Part shown: positions 15,606 through 23,834 of the stretch, in pieces
Layout: every line of letters begins with the position of its first letter
How positions within the stretch are numbered: the stretch's first letter is position 1
DNA from: an uncultured archaeon
GTDB lineage: Archaea > Nanobdellota > Nanobdellia > Pacearchaeales > GW2011-AR1
Direction: 5' to 3'
Length of the DNA stretch: 24,000 nt
NCBI GenBank assembly: GCA_963845205.1
Contig: CAWJRC010000002.1
Coordinates: forward strand, 296,214 to 320,213
Position numbers and translations under genes: made by a program
Notes under the pieces: generated by a model
The model's input: only the letters and a program-made list of their open reading frames with translations
Told to the model about the DNA's origin: nothing
Databases searched by the model: none

Positions 15606-16626
15606 AAAAATATCCGTGATACTTCCTTGCAGAAATGAAGAAAAAACAGTCGGAATCTGTATTGGAAGAATAAAAGAAGCATTAAAAGAAAAAAATTATG
15701 AGATAATAGTCTCAGATTCTTCAACAGACAAAAGCGCAGAAATCGCTAAAAAATTAGGGGTACAGGTTGTCAAGCATAATAAAGAAGGATATGGGAATGC
15801 ATGCCTTGAAGGTTTTAAGCATGCAAAAGGGGATATTGTAGTCTTTGGAGATGCGGACAATACTTATGATTTTTCTGAAATTCCTAAACTTTTGGAATAC
15901 ATCGGAGAATATGACTTAGTTTTGGGAAAAAGAAAATTTATACAGAAAGGATCAATGCCTTTCTCACATAGATATATTGGTAATCCCATTCTTTCATTCA
16001 CTTCTAGATTATTTTTTAAAACAAATGTAAAAGATATAAACACAGGATTCAGGGCCATAAAAAAAGAAAGTTTTGAAAAACTTAATCTTAAAACAACAGG
16101 CATGGAATTTGCGTCAGAAATGATAATAATGGCTGTAAAAAATGGACTTAAAATTAAAGAAGTTCCTGTGCATTATTATAAACGGGAAGGAAATTCCAAA
16201 CTGCGCACGTTCAAGGATGGGTGGAGGCATTTCCGATTTATGCTTTTGTACAGTCCGTTATTTTTATTTTTTATTCCAGGACTGATTTTATTTCTCCTTT
16301 CCATAATTTTTTTATTTTATAATATTTTATTTTCTGCTTTGTTTGTAATAATTGGATATCAACTGATTATTTTTGCATTATTTACAAAAACTTATGCTAT
16401 AACTCATTTTGGGGATAAGCCAATTTTAAATCCATTTTATAAATATCTTTCAATAGAAAGTGCTAGCATTACCGGATTACTGATTATCCTTCTGGGAATC
16501 ATCGCTTATTTTTTAATAGGTACTAATAAAACTGAAAGCGCAATCTTCGCTTTTATGTTCGTAATCATAGGAATTCAAACAATTTTTTCATCCTTCATGC
16601 TAAGCATATTGGGGATTAAGAAATGA
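15589..16626 (+). CDS. GT2 family glycosyltransferase, polyprenyl/dolichyl-phosphate sugar synthase-like, with C-terminal TM helices
   Basis: ISVILPCRNEE, IIVSDSSTD and GDADNTYD (DxD) motifs, RAIKKE, then three or four hydrophobic helices. GGAGA at 15576-15580 favours the ATG at 15589 (alternatives at 15583 and 15565). Overlaps the upstream gene. Confidence 0.85.
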   Translation: MKLKNEKISVILPCRNEEKTVGICIGRIKEALKEKNYEIIVSDSSTDKSAEIAKKLGVQVVKHNKEGYGNACLEGFKHAKGDIVVFGDADNTYDFSEIPKLLEYIGEYDLVLGKRKFIQKGSMPFSHRYIGNPILSFTSRLFFKTNVKDINTGFRAIKKESFEKLNLKTTGMEFASEMIIMAVKNGLKIKEVPVHYYKREGNSKLRTFKDGWRHFRFMLLYSPLFLFFIPGLILFLLSIIFLFYNILFSALFVIIGYQLIIFALFTKTYAITHFGDKPILNPFYKYLSIESASITGLLIILLGIIAYFLIGTNKTESAIFAFMFVIIGIQTIFSSFMLSILGIKK

Positions 16627-17669
16627 AAAAAATAAAACAGATAGGTATGACAAATAAAAAATTTGCACTTGAGTTATACGCGAAGATTACAAATAAAAGA
16701 TTTTTCTGTAGAGTGTTGAGGGATGATTCTTTGTACAACACTGTTATTAATTCGGATTTGACTGTTTCCTGTAACTGCAATGATGATTATGGATTAGGAA
16801 GAATCGGCGATTTTAAAAATCAGAGTTTAGAAGAAATATTTTTAGGAGAAAAAGCAAATAAGTTTAGAAAATCTCTTGCGAAGGGGAAGTTGCCAATAAT
16901 AAATTGTGCTGTCTGTTCAGATTTATGTTTTACAAATAAGAAAGAAGCTGAAAGGTATATGGATCATCTTAGTATTCCCAAAGGTATAATGATAGAAAAC
17001 ACTGTAAACTGTAATCTAAATTGCCTTAGTTGTAATAGGGAAAAGATTTATTCTTTAAGAAGTAAAAGAAATATGTCATTAGAGGACATGAAAAAAATTT
17101 CTCTTGAGATAAAAAAAAGAAAAATAAAACAGATCTCATATTTTAATCTTGGAGAACCATTTTTATCAAAAGATATTAAAAAGGAATTGGAAATTATCAG
17201 AAAAGACAACCCTCATATTGTTATCAATATTTCCACTAATGGAGGGGCATTAGATTCAAAAGAAAAAAGAGAAGCGGCGTTATTTTCTGATAAGGTTATT
17301 TTTTCTATTGATGGCTCTACACAGGAATCCCTAGCCAAATATCAGAAAGGAGGAGATTTTAATAAAGCATATTCCAATATGAAATCTCTTGTAAAATTAA
17401 GAGATCTTCTCAGAAAGAAAAAGCCAGTAATAATATGGAAATATCTTTTATTTAAATGGAATGATAATGAAAAATTAATTTCATATGCAATAAAATTAGC
17501 CAAAGAGGCAAAAATAGATCAGATATATTTTGAAAAAACATTATCACCCCCTTTGTGTGTGTCTTATAAACATTATATTGGTAGGGGGTATTTGAATAAA
17601 ATTTCAAAATTTAATGGAAAGATATGCACAATTTCTCTAGAAAATAAAAAAATACCCGGATCAAAATGA
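16623..17669 (+). CDS. Radical SAM protein with an N-terminal SPASM-like Cys-rich region
   Basis: CNLNCLSC (CxxxCxxC), YFNLGEPFL, ISTNGG and SIDG core motifs. The upstream ~105 aa contain SCNCN...GRIGDFKNQSLEEIF...NCAVCSDLC. ATGA overlap with the GT2 gene. Confidence 0.8.
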   Translation: MKKIKQIGMTNKKFALELYAKITNKRFFCRVLRDDSLYNTVINSDLTVSCNCNDDYGLGRIGDFKNQSLEEIFLGEKANKFRKSLAKGKLPIINCAVCSDLCFTNKKEAERYMDHLSIPKGIMIENTVNCNLNCLSCNREKIYSLRSKRNMSLEDMKKISLEIKKRKIKQISYFNLGEPFLSKDIKKELEIIRKDNPHIVINISTNGGALDSKEKREAALFSDKVIFSIDGSTQESLAKYQKGGDFNKAYSNMKSLVKLRDLLRKKKPVIIWKYLLFKWNDNEKLISYAIKLAKEAKIDQIYFEKTLSPPLCVSYKHYIGRGYLNKISKFNGKICTISLENKKIPGSK

Positions 17670-18751
17670 AAATCGCAATATTTCATAACTATATGGATAA
17701 TATCGGAGGAGCAGAAATGGTTACATTAACATTAGCTAGAGAATTAAAGGCAGATGTCTATTCCACTAATATAGATAGAGATAAAATAAAAAAAATGGGA
17801 TTTGAAGATGTAAATTTAATTTCAATAGGCAAAATTCCCCTTGATGCTCCTTCTAGACAGCAACTTGCGTTATACAGGTTTAGAAGATTAAGTCTGAAAA
17901 ATAAGTATGACTTTTATATAATCTCTGGGGACTGGGCTGTTTCCGCGGCTGTTAATAACCAACCGACTATTTACTATATGCATTCACCGATAAGGGAACT
18001 TTGGGATTTATATGGAGAAGTGCGGAAATCCATTGTTCCATTACGTAACCGCTTTATATTTGATTCATGGGCTTTATATAATCGTTATTTAAATAAAAAA
18101 TATATAAACAAAATTGATAAAATAGTCTGCAATTCTGAAAATACAAAAAAAAGGCTCAACCATTTTCTTCATCGTGATGCTGAAGTTATCTACCCTCCTA
18201 TATACACTAAAAAATTTCATTATAAAAAAAATGGAAATTTCTGGCTTTCTGTCAATCGTCTTTTAAATAATAAGCAAGTTGATATGCAAATTGAAGCTTT
18301 CAAAAAATTGCCGGATGAAAAATTAATTATTGTAGGAAGTTATGAGACAGGAGCAGCACATTTTAGGAAATATGTAAATCATATCAATAAAATTAAGCCT
18401 TCAAATGTCGAAATTTTGCATTGGATTGATTTTAAAAAATTAGTTGAGTTATATTCTAATTGTAAAGGATTTATTACCACAGCAAAAGATGAAGATTTTG
18501 GGATGACTGCTGTTGAAGCAATGGCTTCAGGAAAGCCTGTAATCGCTCCAAATGAGGGGGGATATAAAGAAAGTATTATTGATGGAAAAACAGGAATATT
18601 AATACAGAATATTGATGCTGATAGATTAGCTGAAGCAATTGAAAAAATCGGAAAAAATCCGAAGAAATTTAAAAATGCCTGTTTAAGACAGGCAAAAAAA
18701 TTTGACACAAAAGAATTCATAAAAAAAATTAAAGAAGTTATCCAAGAATGA
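17666..18751 (+). CDS. GT4 (GT-B fold) glycosyltransferase
   Basis: EDFGMTAVEAMASGKPVIAPNEGGYKESIIDGKTGIL contains the EX7E motif. ATGA overlap upstream. Confidence 0.85.
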   Translation: MKIAIFHNYMDNIGGAEMVTLTLARELKADVYSTNIDRDKIKKMGFEDVNLISIGKIPLDAPSRQQLALYRFRRLSLKNKYDFYIISGDWAVSAAVNNQPTIYYMHSPIRELWDLYGEVRKSIVPLRNRFIFDSWALYNRYLNKKYINKIDKIVCNSENTKKRLNHFLHRDAEVIYPPIYTKKFHYKKNGNFWLSVNRLLNNKQVDMQIEAFKKLPDEKLIIVGSYETGAAHFRKYVNHINKIKPSNVEILHWIDFKKLVELYSNCKGFITTAKDEDFGMTAVEAMASGKPVIAPNEGGYKESIIDGKTGILIQNIDADRLAEAIEKIGKNPKKFKNACLRQAKKFDTKEFIKKIKEVIQE

Positions 18752-19734
18752 AAACTTTATTTTTATCCCATTGCCCTCATGAAGTTCATCTTGAATTTGC
18801 AAAATCGATCGGGGCAAAAATAAAAATTACTCATCTAAATTGGTTTGTTTTGCTTTATAAGAAAATTCCTTTAATCAGCTACTTTTATCCTTCCCTCTCT
18901 TTTTTGTACAGCCTTTTTATCAGCTCTCAGGAAGATATTTTATTGGTTGATGGAGGTTCTTCTTTATATCTTGCGGCCTTTTTAAAATTGAGAAATCCTA
19001 AAATTAAGATTATATACCTAGATGGGGATATGATTTTTTATTACCTAAACAAACAATCTACACTAACAGATAATTTTAGACTCTCTTTTTTTTTCAGAAA
19101 GATTGACGGAATTATCTCTGTTTCTGAACAAAATAAAAAACTTGCTTTAAAATATGTTAATGTACCTGTAGAAGTGGTTAACCCTTATCCAAAACAAATT
19201 AAAAAAATAGATATTAAAAGGAAAAATTATGGATTATATGTCGGAAGACTAGATCCTGATAAAGACATTAAAAGAATTCTGGGATTTGGTTTGCAGTGTC
19301 CTTATTTTGAAAAATTTATAATTGTGGGTGATGGGGCGTATAAAGGTTACATAAAAAGAATTTCTAAACAAAATAAGAAAATAATTTATATGGGGCAAAG
19401 AAAAGATGTGGATAAGTTTTATAACGAATCTAAATTTTTAATTCACATCCCTGATTATGATCCTCATCCATGTACAACAATGGAAGCAGCAATGTGCGGA
19501 TGTTTTCCAATAATCTCTGCAGGGACAGGAACTAATTACTTATTTGACAAAATGTTTATTGTAGAAGATTCTAACAATTTTAATGAAATTAATGAAAAAA
19601 TAAAAAATATACTTGATAATGCAGGAAAGGCAAGAAAATTGCTTAAACAGTCTGTTAAAAAATTTCCAACAAAAGAAAAAGCAATCAAAATATTTGAAAA
19701 TTCATTTAACAAAATAACAAATAATAAAAAATGA
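18748..19734 (+). CDS. GT-B-like glycosyltransferase (divergent GT4/GT1)
   Basis: GLYVGRLDPDKD...IIVGDG...PCTTMEAAMCGCFPIIS resembles a GT-B C-terminal domain, but the second Glu of EX7E is replaced. ATGA overlap upstream. Confidence 0.6.
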   Translation: MKTLFLSHCPHEVHLEFAKSIGAKIKITHLNWFVLLYKKIPLISYFYPSLSFLYSLFISSQEDILLVDGGSSLYLAAFLKLRNPKIKIIYLDGDMIFYYLNKQSTLTDNFRLSFFFRKIDGIISVSEQNKKLALKYVNVPVEVVNPYPKQIKKIDIKRKNYGLYVGRLDPDKDIKRILGFGLQCPYFEKFIIVGDGAYKGYIKRISKQNKKIIYMGQRKDVDKFYNESKFLIHIPDYDPHPCTTMEAAMCGCFPIISAGTGTNYLFDKMFIVEDSNNFNEINEKIKNILDNAGKARKLLKQSVKKFPTKEKAIKIFENSFNKITNNKK

Positions 19735-20741
19735 AAGAAAATTTACTTGTAACGCTCGCAGACAAGAATTACATTGATCAGGCAAAGCAGCTGTTTTCAA
19801 GCGTTTACTGGAATGCAGGATGGAAAGGAGATTATATGCTTCTTGCTCATGAAATCCCCGAAAAAGACCTGAAATGGTTCAGGGACAAGGGTATTCTAAT
19901 TAAGAAATGCAAATTGTTATACAACAAAGTGTGGGAGTGGTTTTCACCAATTATATTAGACAAGTTTTATTTATTTACTCCTGAATTTAAGAAATGGAAA
20001 CATGTTATCTTCCTAGATGCAGATATTATTGTAAGGGCTTCTTTGGATAAACTAATGAAAACAACAGGATTTAACGCAGTTACTGATATGGATGGCCCTA
20101 AATTAAAAAATCAGATTACCGAAAAAAGTAAAAGCATATTTTTGGAGAAAAAATTCAGACTCAATAAAAAATGCTTTAATTCAGGGGTTATGGCTTTTTC
20201 TACAGATATAATAAAAGAGGATAGTTTTTCTAAATTAAAAGGATTATTCCTTGAATATAAACAATTTAGTAAATTTTGGGAACAATTAATCCTTAATGTT
20301 TATTTTTATAAGAAATGGAAAAAACTGCCTTTGGTCTATAATCTTTATTCGTTTTCATTGGTAGAGTATAATAAGATTAACATTAAAAGAGTAAGGGCAA
20401 TAATTTTTCATTTTGTTAAATTTGATAGTCTTTATTCCAAACCTTGGGAAAAAAATAACCCTTTTAACCCTGAATGGAAATATAATTTAGAAAGAGCAGA
20501 TTTGATTGATTTGAACAATATTCCTGAAGGAAAAGGATTTAATTTCTATTTTCTACCTTTATTTTTAAAAAGTGTGTCCTACATTCATTTTTTATTTAAA
20601 AAAGAAAGAGTCTATAAAAGAATAAAAAATATTTTTCGCTATGTAATAAATACTCCTGATAGGATTATAGGACAAATTGGAATTTTGATAAAAAAGCACA
20701 ATCCTGATTTGTATTACAAATTAAAGGGAGTAAAAAAATGA
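19731..20741 (+). CDS. GT8-like glycosyltransferase, array copy 1 (336 aa)
   Basis: GT8-type motifs: LADKNYIDQAKQLFSS, FLDADIIV (DxD), FNSGVMAF, EQLILNVYFY, HF...KPWE. Confidence 0.8.
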   Translation: MKENLLVTLADKNYIDQAKQLFSSVYWNAGWKGDYMLLAHEIPEKDLKWFRDKGILIKKCKLLYNKVWEWFSPIILDKFYLFTPEFKKWKHVIFLDADIIVRASLDKLMKTTGFNAVTDMDGPKLKNQITEKSKSIFLEKKFRLNKKCFNSGVMAFSTDIIKEDSFSKLKGLFLEYKQFSKFWEQLILNVYFYKKWKKLPLVYNLYSFSLVEYNKINIKRVRAIIFHFVKFDSLYSKPWEKNNPFNPEWKYNLERADLIDLNNIPEGKGFNFYFLPLFLKSVSYIHFLFKKERVYKRIKNIFRYVINTPDRIIGQIGILIKKHNPDLYYKLKGVKK

Positions 20742-21778
20742 AAGAGAACTTACTTGTGACGCTTGCAGACAAGAATTACATTGATCAGGCAAAGCAGCTG
20801 TTTTCAAGCGTTTACTGGAATGCAGGATGGAAGGGAGATTACATGCTTTTGGCTCATGAAATTCCTGAAAAAGACCTGAAATGGTTCAGGGACAAGGGGA
20901 TTCTGATTAAGAAATGCAAGCCAATCTATGAACATAAGATTGGGATTAAAGAGCTTCGCTCAGGAACTGTAATAAGCAAATTTTACCTATTTACTCTTTA
21001 TTTCAAAAAATGGAAACATGTTATTTTTATAGAATCAGACACGATAGTAAGGGCATCGTTAAACAGGCTTTCAAAAATTAAGGGATTTTATGCTACAGAT
21101 GTTTCTGATAAACCAAAACTTTTAGATCAGATTTCAGATATCCGTTTTTTTAATGAGCTAAACAAATATGACTTAAATAAACCAAGTTTTAATCCTGGGG
21201 TTATGGCTTTTTCCACGAATATAATAAAAGATGAAACTTTTACAGAATTAAAAAGTTTATTTAAAAAGTATAAAGCAATAAGCAAATATGGGGAAGAATT
21301 TATCATTAATGTTTACTTTTACAAGAAATGGAAAAAATTGCCTTTAATCTATAACCTATGGCCCCATTATCTTGATTTTTATTATAATATAAAGCCTAGG
21401 AATGTTCAAGCGGTTATTTTACATTTTGCAGGAATAGATGATAAAAAAGAACTTCGCCCATGGGATCCTTTCAATCCTTTTTACCCCGAATGGAAATCTA
21501 ATCTAGAAAAGGCAGAATTAATTGATTTGAACAAGATTCCTGAAGGAAAGAAATGGAGCAGTTTCAAAATTTATTCTTATTCTTTTTATTTGAATAGGAA
21601 GATTTTACGTAAAAAATTACCTATCTTAATAGAAAAAATTGTTTTATCAAAAAGAAAGATTGTTTCTTGGGTGAAATATGTTATTGGCACTCCCGATAGG
21701 ATTATAGGACAAATTGGAATTTTAATAAAGAAGCACAATCCTGATATGTACTACAAATTAAAGGGGGTAAAAAAATGA
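20738..21778 (+). CDS. GT8-like glycosyltransferase, array copy 2 (346 aa)
   Basis: Same N-terminal 61 aa as copy 1. FIESDTIV replaces the DxD. Also FNPGVMAF, GEEFIINVYFY, HFAG...RPWD. Confidence 0.8.
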   Translation: MKENLLVTLADKNYIDQAKQLFSSVYWNAGWKGDYMLLAHEIPEKDLKWFRDKGILIKKCKPIYEHKIGIKELRSGTVISKFYLFTLYFKKWKHVIFIESDTIVRASLNRLSKIKGFYATDVSDKPKLLDQISDIRFFNELNKYDLNKPSFNPGVMAFSTNIIKDETFTELKSLFKKYKAISKYGEEFIINVYFYKKWKKLPLIYNLWPHYLDFYYNIKPRNVQAVILHFAGIDDKKELRPWDPFNPFYPEWKSNLEKAELIDLNKIPEGKKWSSFKIYSYSFYLNRKILRKKLPILIEKIVLSKRKIVSWVKYVIGTPDRIIGQIGILIKKHNPDMYYKLKGVKK

Positions 21779-22803
21779 AAGAAAACTTGCTTGTAACGCT
21801 TGCAGACAAGAATTACATTGACCAGGCAAAGCAGCTGTTCTCAAGCGTTTACTGGAATGCAGGATGGAAAGGGGATTACATGCTTCTTGCTCATGAAATT
21901 CCTGAAAAAGACCTGAAATGGTTCAGGGACAAGGGGATTCTGATTAAGAAATGCAAGCCATTATACAATAAGCCGATTGGAGAAGGTTACCGCCCTGTTG
22001 TTTTAGACAAGTTTTATTTATTTACTCCTGAATTTAGGAAATGGAAGCATGTTATTTATTTGGATGCAGATATTATTGTAAGGGCTTCTTTGGATGAACT
22101 AACAAAGGTTAACAGATTTGCAGCAAGTGATTCTATATTCCAGTTAAGGAAACAATTTTTCAATAGGACTAAGAATGAAAAATTGTTTTTTGAGGAAATA
22201 AATCTTGGTTATAATATTAATAAACTTTCATTTAATACAGGAGTTCTAGCCTTTCCAACTAATATAATTCAGGAAAATTCTTTTAATGAATTAAAAAAAA
22301 TTTTTAAGAGATATAAATCTATTTGTCGGATAGGGGAGGAACCAATTTTTAATTTATTCTTTTATAGAAAAAGAAAAAAAATTCCTTGGGTTTATAATAC
22401 AGATATGCTTAGGATTATTTATGATTGTAACATTAAACCCGAAAAAATAAAAGGGGTTACTTTACATTTTATATCCTGCCCCTCAATAACTAATAAACCT
22501 TGGGAAAAAAATAATCCTTTTTATCCCGAATGGAAATCTAATTTAGAAAGAGCAGAACTGATTGATTTGAATAATAGAATTCCCCCTAAAAAAAGATGGA
22601 GAGAAGTTACAGCAGAATATTACACCTTATATTTGAAGTCGAGGGAAAAAATTGTTTTTATTATTAAACTTACTCATTCAAAGATTAAAAAAACTTTTTA
22701 TTTCTTAATAAATACTCCTGATAGAATTATAGGACAAATTGGAATTTTAATAAAAAAGCACAATCCTAATCTGTACTACAAATTAAAGGGGGTAAAAAAA
22801 TGA
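21775..22803 (+). CDS. GT8-like glycosyltransferase, array copy 3 (342 aa)
   Basis: Same N-terminal 61 aa. YLDADIIV, FNTGVLAF, GEEPIFNLFFY, HF...KPWE. Confidence 0.8.
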   Translation: MKENLLVTLADKNYIDQAKQLFSSVYWNAGWKGDYMLLAHEIPEKDLKWFRDKGILIKKCKPLYNKPIGEGYRPVVLDKFYLFTPEFRKWKHVIYLDADIIVRASLDELTKVNRFAASDSIFQLRKQFFNRTKNEKLFFEEINLGYNINKLSFNTGVLAFPTNIIQENSFNELKKIFKRYKSICRIGEEPIFNLFFYRKRKKIPWVYNTDMLRIIYDCNIKPEKIKGVTLHFISCPSITNKPWEKNNPFYPEWKSNLERAELIDLNNRIPPKKRWREVTAEYYTLYLKSREKIVFIIKLTHSKIKKTFYFLINTPDRIIGQIGILIKKHNPNLYYKLKGVKK

Positions 22804-23834
22804 AAGAAAACTTGCTTGTAACGCTTGCAGACAAGAATTACATTGACCAGGCAAAGCAGCTGTTCTCAAGCGTTTACTGGAATGCAGGATGGAAAGGGGA
22901 TTACATGCTTCTTGCTCATGAAATTCCTGAAAAAGACCTGAAATGGTTCAGGGACAAGGGGATTCTGATTAAGAAATGCAAATTACTGTCCAAGAAAGGG
23001 TGGGGGTGGTTTTCACCAATTATATTAGACAAGTTTTATTTATTTACTCCCGAATTCAAAAAATGGAAACACGTTATTTTTCTCGATGCAGATATTATTG
23101 TAAGAGCTTCTTTGGATAAACTAGCGAAAACAACAGGATTTAATGCAGTTACTGATATGGATGGTCCTAAATTAAAAAACCAGATTACCGAAAAAAGTAA
23201 AAGCATATTTTTAGAGAGAAAATTCAGACTCAATGCAAAATTTTTCAATGCAGGCGTTATGGCTTTTTCTACGGATATAATAAAAGAGGATAGTTTTTCT
23301 AAATTAAAAGAATTATTCCTTGAATATAAACAATTTAGTAAATTTGGGGAACAATTAATTCTTAATGTTTACTTTTACAAGAAATGGAAAAAACTGCCTT
23401 TGGTTTATAATCTATGGCCATATTATCTTAATTTCTATTATGATTTAAAACTAAGAACTATTCAAGCTATTATTTTTCATTTTATAGGAATAGATGATAA
23501 AAAAGAATTTCGTCCATGGGATCCTTTCAATCCTTTTTACCCTGAATGGAAATCTAACCTAGAAAAAGCAGAATTAATTGATTTGAACAAGATTCCTGAA
23601 GGAAAGAAATGGAGCAGTTTCAAAATTTATTCTTATTCTTTTTATTTGAATAGGAAGATTTTACGTAAAAAATTACCTATCTTAATAGAAAAAATTGTTT
23701 TATCAAAAAGAAAGATTGTTTCTTGGGTGAAATATGTTATTGGCACTCCCGATAGGATTATAGGACAAATTGGAATTTTAATAAAGAAGCACAATCCTGA
23801 TATGTACTACAAATTAAAGGGGGTAAAAAAATGA
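22800..23834 (+). CDS. GT8-like glycosyltransferase, array copy 4 (344 aa, chimeric)
   Basis: Same N-terminal 61 aa. The core is nearly identical to copy 1 (FLDADIIV, FNAGVMAF, GEQLILNVYFY). The C-terminal third matches copy 2. Confidence 0.8.
   Translation: MKENLLVTLADKNYIDQAKQLFSSVYWNAGWKGDYMLLAHEIPEKDLKWFRDKGILIKKCKLLSKKGWGWFSPIILDKFYLFTPEFKKWKHVIFLDADIIVRASLDKLAKTTGFNAVTDMDGPKLKNQITEKSKSIFLERKFRLNAKFFNAGVMAFSTDIIKEDSFSKLKELFLEYKQFSKFGEQLILNVYFYKKWKKLPLVYNLWPYYLNFYYDLKLRTIQAIIFHFIGIDDKKEFRPWDPFNPFYPEWKSNLEKAELIDLNKIPEGKKWSSFKIYSYSFYLNRKILRKKLPILIEKIVLSKRKIVSWVKYVIGTPDRIIGQIGILIKKHNPDMYYKLKGVKK

Noticed and set aside
17789-22380. A8 homopolymer runs inside glycosyltransferase genes (for example near 17789, 18143, 22296 and 22373) as candidate slipped-strand phase-variation switches
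   Set aside because: Runs of A7-A8 occur throughout this AT-rich window, including in housekeeping genes. Nothing indicates enrichment or length heterogeneity from a single sequence.
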